Shown here in pieces: positions 13,401 to 25,400 of a stretch of DNA of 64,000 bases; positions within the stretch are counted from its first letter, which is position 1; every line of letters begins with the position of its first letter. The DNA lies in the NCBI GenBank assembly GCA_038087875.1, contig CM075978.1:42594001-42658000 (forward strand), written 5' to 3'. Below the pieces are notes generated by a model. The model saw only the letters and a program-made list of their open reading frames with translations. It had not been told where the DNA came from and did no database searches. This DNA is from Malacoraja senta (lineage: Eukaryota). Both the position numbers and the translations under genes were made by a program.

Positions 13401-16400
13401 TTCTAGATGAATGTTTGAATAAACACCCTAATACAGTTAAATTAATATCTTATATTTATAATACTCTTTTAGACAGTGAGATTCCGTCGACGGAATTATA
13501 TAGACTAGCATGGGAAAAGGAATTAGCCCAACCCATAACAAAAGATATTTGGGATGAAAGTCTACAACATATACATCAATGCTCATTAAATACCAGACAT
13601 TCTTTAATACAATTTAAAGTACTAGACTGCATTATTCAAAAACAAAATTAAATAGAATCTTTCCTAATATCTCTTTTAAATCTTGTGCCATAATAGAGTA
13701 GGATCCATGTGTATATTGCGTTCACTGAGGATTGTAGGGCTACAGAAAAGAAAAGTTTGTTTCTTTTTTCAGTTGGTTTCATATTTTTAAATGTTTTAGT
13801 TGTTTTGATTTTGAAAAGTTAAATTCTTTATTTAATTTTCAGCAGTTTTAAATATTTCTGAATGTGGTACATGTTTACAAACATTAAATGATCTTACACT
13901 TTTGACAGAAGAAAGCTGGAAGCTTCTCCAATTCCCAGAGGAGTTTCATGGCTGAGGCATGCCCTGGCCTGCCCAATATTGCTCTTGTGTTAGTCAAGGC
14001 CCTGCTGCCATTCAGATCCTCATTGGTGAACTGATGGATTTCAGCTCCAAATGACTGGCTTTCCAGATCTAGGTAATTTCCATAATGTTTCCATGTTTTT
14101 AATGATATAAGAGAAGGCCATTTTAGCCTAATCATAGCTCTCCTGGTTCGCAAAAGAATCCCACTCCTACCCATTTTCCCTGTACTAATTTCCCCCATAC
14201 CATTCCCCCCCCAAATTCCACCACTTACCTAAGCACCAAAGGCAATTTAAGGCAGCCAATTAATCCATCGACCTGCAAGTGTTTGCAATGTGGGAGAAAA
14301 CTGGTGATCTGGGGAAAACCCATGCAGTCAAAGGTTGAACACGGCTGGCACAAAGTATAGGAGTAACTCAGCATCAGGCAGCATCCATGGAGAACATGGA
14401 TAGGTGACTTTTTGGGTCAGAACCTTCTTCAGTTTAAGGTCGAACAAGGCATATTCCCTGTGGGTCAGGATTGAGCCCAATAAATGGTGTTGTGAGGCAG
14501 CAGCTCTGCTGGCTATGCCTTTCTGCAGCTCTTCCAAATCTGATAGTCTGTAACTTACACTGTGTTGGTTCACAAATGGAGAAATGTAATTTTATACATA
14601 TAAATGTAGAAGATATTAGATATATGGAGCGATGGTCAAGCATATGTTACATAGGAAAGTAGGGGTCTGAAAGTTGCTACAATCAGATGCCGTTCCCATG
14701 TAACCTCTTACTTGGGGCCTCTATCATCCTACTAATAAAATGTAGTAGAGTGGAATACACTTTGCTGGCAACAGGAGACAACCTCCCAAATCTGGGCCTC
14801 TATCTCAAGGTCTCAAGCAACATGAACATTTAGACAAGATGTGATCACAAACAGCAAGATGGGATGATGGGGTCCATGGCAGTAAAATCCAGGCCGAACC
14901 TTTCATCAAATTTAAGACATTTACTATCAGTCTTGCAATATCATAAGCACTTGTGTAGAGCACGCCAAGAAAAAAAACCAACCTTATTCACTTCATGAGG
15001 GACACAAGCGCTTGTTTCTTTTAGTCTTGAGATTGAGCTGTGACACAAACCTCCAACCACAGCCATTAGTGTATTAAAGTTCTGTAGCTGCTGCAGTTTC
15101 TGAGGAGAGAACCAGATGATAATGCATTCTGAATCAGATGAGAGGAACGGCAGATTCCTGAATGCTTCAGGTTTACTGTACTGCAACCCTATTATTATAA
15201 TCACCACCTAGACTCAAAACAACAAAATATATAATTTGAAATATTGAAGGGCACATATTTTCCTGTATGTGCAATGTTAAAGCACAATTAACTTGCTAAG
15301 TTATAATTATGAACTGATGACAAGTTAATCATTTACTTTTGTTGAGACTGTTTGTTTTCAACATTGCATGAGATTGAAGCTCATGATCTGCCACTTTATT
15401 TAAGGTATTAGTACGGGCAAACTCTCCCTCCCCCTCTCCATATTACCAGGATGTGGGGGTTGGAAAAATATTAATTTTGTGTTTATTTATTTACTTTAAA
15501 AAAAAAAAATTATGAGTTTTTATTCCATATCCCAGATATTTTTTAGATGATTTGTGAATTCCATAAGGGTGATTTTCTATTATCCAAATGGAGTTTTCGC
15601 CTGTAATAAATAATGTTGCTGCTGTTGAAATGATACCTTTCTGCTATTATAGCACCACAGAAGATTTGAAAACATGGATACAATAAATTCAATTGGATTT
15701 CTTGCCTTATCGTTCCATCTACATATCTGGAGAAGCCAATAAAACAAACTGGATTACCCAACAAATTATGAATTTAAAATGTAAAGAATAGAAGCAAGAT
15801 CGGGCCAAATGAGCCTCTGAGCTTGCATCACCATTTAGTAAGATCATAGCTATTCTAATCCTGGCCTCAGCTCCAGATATATTTTTTGTCATTCTTCCTT
15901 TTTCCGAGTGAAGTAGGTATGGCAGTCATGGGACCTCCTGCATGATGTGGGACGTCAGGGAAACTTCCAGTGTCCCTGAGGAAGTGCGTCCAGCTGTAGC
16001 TCCTGACTGACCACATCAGAGAATTGGAGCTCTGGATTGTGCAGGAAAATGAGAGAGTCATAGATAGGAGTTATAGTGGGGTGGTCACACCTGAGGTATG
16101 GGCAGGAGGTAGACGGGAAAGGAAGTATGCAGGAATCTTTAGGAGTGAAGGTCCTTCAGACCATCTTTATGTGGGATAAAGGTGTAGACAAATCAGTCAT
16201 CCACTGTGAAAATAATTCAGTTGGGACTCATTTCGAGAAATGTCAAAACAGTGGAGGGTGTTGGATACAATGCTCAGAATCTTAGCTAGTAAGATCATTT
16301 CCAATAGGTATATGCCCAACCTGCTCAATTGTTTTTCATAACTCAACCTCTTAACACAGATATCAACCTAATGAACTCTCTGTCTCAGGTGCTGATTTTT

Positions 16401-19400
16401 CTTAAGCAAAGAGCCCACAAAAGAATGCAGTACTCCAGGTGTGGTGTGATTAATCCCTTATATAAATACAGCAAACCAACTCTACTTTTATAATCTCCCT
16501 TTCAATTAAGCCAATATTCCATTTGGTTTCTTAATCACTTAATGCATCTCCATGCTAACTCCCTGCGTCCCATGTATTACAATACACAGGTTCTTGTGAA
16601 TAGCACTAGTCTCTAGTCCTTCTCTGTTTAAACAATACACTGCATTTATATTCTTTCTACAACACGGAATAATCTCACATTCTTCAATATAATGGTCTAT
16701 CGGCCATTTTGATTTTGCCCTGAGACCTAACCCATTTATATCCTTCCTCACAACTTACAGTCAAGAAGCAGAGCAACATTGGCAAATTTGGCAAAATCTC
16801 ACTTAGCTTCTTCATTTAATTCATTGCTAAACATTACAAATAGTTATGGCTGCAGTACTTATCTTTATAGGAACCTCCTTGGTTATAGCCTAAATTTAAC
16901 TAATTAAATCCAACTCACTGTTTTCTGTGAGCTAACCAAACCTGTATCCATTCCATAAGCCAATACATAGTTACGTGGCAACTCATTTATGAAATCCAAA
17001 AACACTAATGCCATTGGTTCCCCTTTATCCAATTTCCCCTGGAATGCACTGCCAGGCATAGAGCCGGAGGCAGATATGTGTAACTAAGAGGCTTTTGGAT
17101 ATGCAGGGAATGGAAGGGAATGGATCATGTGCTTAATCAAATCATGTTGACTTTAATTGCACTATGATTTTCTAGCCATCTTGATACTATTACCTTAATA
17201 ATCGATTAATTACAATTAAGATCTATAAATTAAAACATGTTCTCATCATCCACTGTGACAATAATATTTTGGCAAAACTATTTACACATTTTGCAAAAAC
17301 CACTTGCACCATCCATACCTGAGCAACACGAATAAACTTGATGAAGACTTCAGCTCGTAGTTGTGGTGTAGGTCTACTGAGAACCATAAGCTGAACCCAC
17401 TGTGAGATGCCATTACACAAAGCAACAGAGCGTTCCATCGTGGGATTGTCCTTTACACAACCAGTCAATATATAATTCTGATAATCTGAAAACTGGGCAA
17501 AGCAAAATCCAGTCATTTTGTCATTGTTACCCATTTTATCAGCTTTGTCATATCCTGTCTTTTAATGGTAAGACAGCTTCTGATAGAACTGCAGTTGCTG
17601 GAGTCACAATAACTGTTAACACAAGGAATTATAGATGCTGGAATCTTGATCACTCTGAAGAAGGTTCCTGTCCTGAAATGTCACCCATTCATGCTCTCCA
17701 GAGATGCTGCCTGACCAACTGCGTTACTTCAGCACGTTGTTTTTTGCAGAATTACTGTGAATTGTTTAGGTGGCAGAAAGGTCTATTCACCTTAACATGA
17801 GAACATGCACAAACAAAAGAAATGCATTCCAAAGACGTACAGGTGTGTAGGTTAATTGGCTTCTGTAAATTGTCCTTAGTGCGTAGGACTAGAACTAGTA
17901 TACGGGTGATCGCTGGTTGGCGCAGACTCAGTGGGCCGAAGAAAGCCTGTTTCCATGCTGTATCTCTAAACTAATTTAAACTTCCTGCACTATTTATTAA
18001 GCTTCCCACCAGCCTGCAAATAGTGAAGGGAAAGTCAAGGATGGTCATGTTTGGCGTCAATGGCAAGATGTGACCAGGAAGCATCTCTTCGAAGGGACTA
18101 AAGATATAAACTATGTCTTGTGCATATAATCATTCCAAAGTTGAATTTGAAGCAATGCTGGATATCAACTGTGGTTTAATTTTAATATTTTTGCTTCTGA
18201 ATCTATTTAACAAATTGGGTATTTTTTAGGGGAACAAATAAATATTTGGGTAATTTCTTAAGGCATTTGGAAGGTTGTCTGTTAAAGTTGTTACACAAGA
18301 CAAGGTTATGGAATTAGGCATATAATATTAGCATAAATACAGAAATGGTTAGAAGACTAAACCAGCAAATGTTTTGAGAGGCATTAAGCATTGAGTGCTG
18401 CAAAGAAAAGTGCTTGGGCCTCAACTTTAATAATCTACATTAATGACACACATCAAGAGATTGTGTGTAATATATCCATATTTGTTGTTAATACAAAGTT
18501 GGGTGGGAAAATAATCCTTGAGTAGGACACAAAGAAGTTGCTAAGGAATTTTCAGACAATATAATTGAGTGGGCAAGATGGTGGCAGACAGAAAATAATG
18601 TGGATAAATGTGAATAAATCAAACTTTGATGGAAAGAATGACAAAGAACATTTTAAAATGGAGAGCAAGAATTCACAAACAATTAGAAAGGTAAACAGAG
18701 AGTTGGTCTTTTACTGCATTGGAGTACAAGGGTAGGGAAATCCTCATACAAGTATACTACGAGAATACACTTGGGAACTCTATGGACAGATTTGCTTTTT
18801 TTATCCTCAGGAAGGATGAATTAGCTTTGGAGATATGATGATAAATATTTTCTAGATTGATCCATGGGATAGAAGGGCTACCGAATGATGAGGAAGAATA
18901 TTAGAATTTGGATTAATATGAGGTGATCTCACTGAAACGTACAAATATGCTGAAAGAGTAGGACAGGGTGGATGTTGAAAAGTTATTTCCTTGTTTTGAA
19001 AAATCAAGAATGGTTTCAGGATAAACTATCAAACATTTAGATCTAAGGTCAGAAAGTATTCCTGTACTTAGAGCATTGTGAATCTCTGGAAATCTACACC
19101 CCAAAAGCTGTGCCCTCTTTGAGGAAATCTACACCCCAAAGAGGGCACAGCTTTAAGGTGAAAGGGGCAAAGTTTTAAAGGCGATATGCAGGGCAAATTA
19201 TTTTACACAGAGAATATTGGGTACTTGGAACGCACTGCCAGGCATAGAGCCAGAGGCAGATAGAATAGGTGTACCTAAGAGGCTTTTAGATATGCAGGAA
19301 ATAGAAGGAAATGGATCAGGTGCTAAGGAGATTAGTTTAACTTGGAAACATGTTCGGCACAAACATTATGGGCTGGAGGGCCTGTTCCTGTGCTGTACTG

Positions 19401-22400
19401 TTCTATACACTATATATTCAATACCAAGATTAACAGATTTTTGGAATCTAAGGAAGGCAAGGAAGTTGAGAATCCACTGAGAAACCAAGGTGCAGTTAAA
19501 GATCAACAATAACCCTGTCAAGTGGTAGCATAGATTTGTGAGGACATGTTCTTGCATCTTATATTATTTGAGGGTTTTATGTTCAAACCCTTCTCCAGAA
19601 AACAAAAGTGTTTATGACTGTTCAGTGCAATACAAAGGCATTTCACTGTCAGAAGACCTATCTTTCAAATGGGATGGTCAAATGGGATGTTAAGACTGCT
19701 CACTCAGCAGCACAGAAATAGAAAATCCCAAACTTTATTTAAAAAGAGATATGAAGAGCTCTCACTACATTTACCACTCGGGAAAACCAAAAAGAGATAA
19801 TGTGATATTTGTTTGATATTTGATTCATTTGTTTTGGGGATATTGCTGCATACTAACTGGCTGTTGCATTCCCATATTGTAATGGAGACCTGACCACAAA
19901 AGTTATTTTATCAGTTGCCATTGCATTAGGTATCATTGTGAAGAGGAATGCTACATGGTTGTGTATATTTTCTGGAAAGAATGTGAAAGATATTTCTCAC
20001 TGCAGCAAAATTATCAAAAACAATCTATGCAGAAATATTATCACCATGGAAACATGACAGAGTCCCCTCGATAACAAATTGTTAGCCATTCAAATGAGAT
20101 TTTGGAGGAGACAATATAAAGCAATTCTTGAAATCCTAAATGAAATTGGAGGTAAATTTGACTGTGTTTGATTGCTGGAGTATACAGTATGTACTGTAAA
20201 TGATAAGGCTAATTGTTTTCATACTTTTTTCACAGCTGTCAGTATTTAACAATTTCCCATGCACCTTCAACCATTTTGAGAATAATCACAACTGCTTACT
20301 ATGTGATTTATGTGAGGATGTGTGAAGCTTAAATGAGTAACCTGTTGAAATGTATCTTCTCTTCATTATGGTGATATAGTTACAATTAAAAAATACAAAT
20401 CAGATTTCTTCCATTTCCTAAATACAATTGCACAAGACTTACTGATATCCTGCGGAAGGACTTGAACTCGAGGTAAGTTAGGTGTTCGGCCAGCTCTTGT
20501 GGCTCCAGATGATCAAAGAGAAGGGAAACTTTTCGTTTTTTGCAACAGTTTGTCTTTATCCGTTGAGTGATTTTCCGTGACCATTCATGTGCACTTCTGT
20601 CCAGAAAACAAAAAGAGGGTTAGGTGTCAGTTCCAAACATATTCATCAGAGTAGGTTAGGTGGAGAATGTATTGGAATGATTTGCCATCCCACCAATATG
20701 TCTAAGATTTAGCTTTTTTGGTGGAGCACAATATTCAAATACCCTTTCCTGCTCCTCTTTCAATTCCATTAAAGTACCTATATTTTTGTCTGTTCTCATC
20801 TGGTATGTGCTGCCTGTGTTTATCCTTATCTGCCTCCTGATATTATACCAGCTTCAAACTTCTAATTTTCTAAAATGACAAATCCCTCATCCACCTATTC
20901 CAACAATGGAAAATACCCTCTTTGTGTTACTGCCTATTGCCTTAAATGTGATACTGCAATATTGCTGTTCCCATTCTTTCAATATATTTCCGAATAGTGT
21001 AGTGGCGGAATTTTACGACTTTATAAGGCACAACAATGGATATAACAGCATAATACCAGCTCTGCAAAAATCAAGAATATTTTAGGTTCATGAGTCCATT
21101 TTTATGCAGAAGATATTCAGGAGAGTGGAATCTGAGTGCCCAGAAAAAATACAAGTAATGGGTATACCTAACATAGTGCTTGGCTGGAGATGAAGCGATA
21201 GTTGAAGCTACAAAGTGGATAAGAATCTTCAGTATGTACACAATGTTAAATGAAACATTATTTTTGTGTGGCTGCTGAGAGAATTGCAAAAGATAGGGTC
21301 ACATTCTTATAACCAAAGTCAGTGGCAGTTGTTAATTGCTTGCCATCATCACAGTGACATATTGAGATGTTTATCTTTGGTTATAAAGACGTTCAGGTTC
21401 TCTGAGAGAGTGAAATTGTTGTTTAACTTAAAGTTCTTCCTTCTAGAAATGGTTTGAGAAAGCACACAATCGAGTTCATTTAAAATACAACTAATTCACA
21501 TTAAATTTTGTATGACGTCACACTCCATAAATCTACCATATATCTATATTGACTGAAAATATTGGCTTATAACATTTTCCACAATTTTTCCTCTTACATT
21601 TCTGCTCTGTTCCCAAACACCTATTCTTAAGCAAGAGTAATTATGCTGGTGATATTGTTGGATTGCTTAATATTTTTTTCATTAAGAAATGGACTGAATA
21701 CTTATGTCTTACATTTGTGAAGTGTCGATACATTGGGAATGTGACTCTTCACCCTTATTTCTCACCAGCTCTTGAAAATGTTCCATTGTTTCTGAAAGAC
21801 TATTGTCTATTTTAAACATAATCCAGAACTCTGTAATCCAATACCTGTAATAGAACAATGCAGCCATTAACATCAACATGGAGAGACAATTCTCAGATGT
21901 ATCCCATTGTTACCATCTTTCCCTGAAACCTACAACATAATTTAGAACAGAAAATAACTATATTACAGATTAGTATATAACTGAACTCTGTTATATCACA
22001 AATATTAATCTCAAATTGTATTTTCCTGGCTTTTTGCTTGCAATCACCATCTCAATTCACCCCTCTCTAATCCTAATTCAGAGGGCCATTGCTGCTGGAT
22101 GGAGCTATCCTGGAGACCAGAAATGAGGCCTGTTAGGTAGCAGGCTTTCAATGATGGACTCCAGAAGCCCCATCAACAAATTTCCCATGAATGCTTTGAC
22201 AGGTGACTGAGACCTGCCTCTTGCTGTCAATGCTGTCAGAGTTTATTAAAATATATTAAAGAACTTAAACATTTAAACTTATATAGAGCAGCTAAAATAT
22301 TTAAAAGCGAACATATTTAATATAGAAAGCTATAACACAAGCTAACATGTTTCAATGTATGAAACATTAATAATACACAGCAATTCCATCCTTTTTACTT

Positions 22401-25400
22401 CCTCATAGCACGGATTCGGCCGCTGGACTGGCTTACCGTCGCCCGGCGGGGCCACAGCATCAGAAGCCTGGATCGCCTCAGCGCAGAGGGAGAAGCGGGA
22501 AGAGACAGAGACTTTAAGACTTTTGCCTCCATCACAGTGAGGAGGTGCCTGGTGAACTCACTGTGGTGGATGTTAATTTGTGTTTATTGTGTGTTTTGTC
22601 ATTTATTATTATATGTATGACTGCAGGCAACGAAATTTCGTTCAGACCGAAAGGTCTGAATGACAAATAAAGGAATCTCTCTAATCTCTCTAATCCATTC
22701 ACCACTGCAATCAATGGGATCAAGGATTCTGTCCCTGTTCTAACCCCGTGCAGTATCTTAAAGCTATTTCCAAAGCTGGTTTCCATAGGGAATCAAGCTG
22801 AGGAGCACATTGAGGGACACATCGTTTGGAGCTTCTAGCATTTATCAGCAAGGTCTGGGTCCATGTGATGAGACAGATTATGAGTTGTCAGAGAGAGACA
22901 CAAGAAACACCAGATGGTGGAATCTTGTGCAACACACACTGTTGTAGGAACTCAGTAGGTGAAGCAGTATCAGACTGAAGAAAGGTCCCGGCCCAAAATG
23001 TTGTCTGTCCATTCCCTCCACAGAGGCTGCCTAACCCCCTGAGTTCCTCCAGCATGTTGTGTTTTGCTGTTGAATGAGTTGACAGATCCAGATCTCCTTC
23101 CTAAAGGAACGTCCTTTAATTCTGAGACTATGACCTCTGGTCCTAGACTCTCCCACTAGTGGAAACATCTTCTCCACATCCACTCTATCCAGCCCTTTCA
23201 CAATTCGACAATCGGCAATGGAGACCGCACATGGCAATGCACCTTTGGACATTACTTATGCAAAATTAATAGTCCATGAGCACATTGGTCACACATAAAG
23301 AAGTAGACTTTAACTGGAAGAGATGAAGTCTGTTTCTATGTTTGTTTAAAGAGGACAGGATTATGTGGTCTGTGGCTGGAGTGTCCAAGACATTGATCAT
23401 CTGACAGATAACTTTTCTAAGAACTTTTTTTGTGGGTCATTTTCACAACACCACCACCACCACCCTTCCCCCCACCCCTGCCTTCCCCTAGCTGGTTCAG
23501 TTCCTCTGACTGTGTCACCAACACTCTTCCCATCCTCATGACCTTGAAAGTCATTATCCTTAATATTTCTTCTCTCAATGTTGTCTGTTCCCTTAATGGT
23601 CTCAAACCTTTCAACCGGGTCCTTTCCTCCATCCCTTCCTATTGAGCCACTCTCAATCTGTTCCTGATACTATTTCCTGCCAAAGTGCGTGCTTGTGCGA
23701 ACTCTGTCATGCTTGTGTGTGCACAATCTATATAAAATATAGACACCTTATAGACACCTTAAGTCTTGTATGCAATGATATGTAGTTTATTAAAAAATTA
23801 CCCTTTCATGGAGAAACATCACCTTTTAGAGCAAGCAATATTCTCAGTGCAAGTCTGGTTCACTTAGGTTTCTTAGATTGACATGGAATTTGCAAATAAC
23901 TCATATCTGCTTCCTATTATATCCACTTAATGGGGCAGTAAAGATGACAATTGTTTATCATTTTTTTGGACAAAATTGATCGTTTCTTTTCTAGTGATAG
24001 CTATCAATCAGTGTCTCTCACTATCTTATCTTTTGGGCAATCTAAACATAGAAAACACAGTTTATAATTTTTAACACTATTTAGTTGATATATACATGAT
24101 ACAATCCGGAAGTAAAGAACATAAGAAGAATGCTCTGCTATTCAATATCATAGTTGAAATGACCAAGGTAACTCCATTTTACCATCCAAACTGTAGCCCA
24201 TCATTTCTCTGCAGTACAAAAATGCATCTATTTTTAATTTATCAGATTCTATAGCTTTGTGGCTAAAGAATTCTGAAAACAACTGACCAGAAAAAGCCCC
24301 CCCCACCAAAAATCATATAAATCCAAAAGAGTTTACTGCCTAATTTGTATCCATTCAACCCAGCAATCAGTCTTCACTGCTTTGCCTCTAATGTATACTA
24401 GACTAAGTGGGACCCGTTGGGTTTTGGGGGCATGGGGGTTGTGGGGGCTGGTTGTGGGTGAGGGGGGGTTGTGTGGGTGGGGTTGTGGGGCCGGTGGGGG
24501 GGTTGTGGGGGCCGGGGGGGGTTGTGGGGGCGGGGGGGGGTTGTGGGGGCGGGGGGGGTTGTGGGGTGGGGGGGTGTGGACGGGGGTGTGTGTGGGCGGG
24601 GGGGTGGGTGGGCAGGGGTGGTGTGTGTGGGAGGGGGGCTTGTGGGGGGGGGGAGGGGTGTGTGGACAGGGGGGTTGTGTGGGCGGGGGAGTGAGCTCGG
24701 AGAAAAGACGGGGAAGAGCCATGGGGGAGAGGGGAGCATCACGGAGGAGCGGGGGAGGAGCCAGCGAGGGGGACCAGAGGGGTAGTGGCTGGAATTGGCG
24801 GTGCGATGGGGACTCACAGAGGACGCTGGTCACTGGTCGTTCTCCTCCGCTGGGATCAGAGTCTCCGCTTTCCGTTTGCCGACATCTCCGACTCTGGGCT
24901 GAGCTGGGTGTCCAACTCTGGGCTGGGCTGGGTCTCTGACTCTGGGCTGGGCTAGGTCTCCCACGTTAGGCTGGTTCGGGTCTCCGACGCTGGGTTGCTT
25001 GGGGCTGGGCTGCTTGGGGCTGATCCGCTTGGGGCTGGGTCGCTTCGAGTCCTTCCAAAAATTGTGTCCGATTGGTAATCTCCGCCGGCCATCCTCAGCT
25101 CCAGTAAAGACGCGATGGCGCAGGAAGGGGCGGACCGTCCCAGGGAGTGACAGGGGAAGAGACTAATCTGCGCGGCACTGACTGTCAGGAGAAGGATAGA
25201 TCTGCGCACGCGCTGTTTTTAAGATTTTTAAACCTCGCTAACTTTTACGACATTCAACCGATCGGAACGAAACTTGGTGCGCAGGAGAATGGTGAGTGAA
25301 CTGGCGAAAAATCGTAGTGCAATCGCAAACCGTTTTTTGCTCAAATAGAAAGGACGCCAAACCAGAAGATAACAAGATCAGAGTTTTAGTTATGTATAGA

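Noticed and set aside
15530-15770. Possible L1 3' remnant or extra exon
   Set aside because: Too decayed to call; no splice or frame support for an exon.
24333-24939. Several long Pro-rich and Gly-rich ORFs
   Set aside because: Artefacts of the G-rich minisatellite, which is open in nearly all frames.
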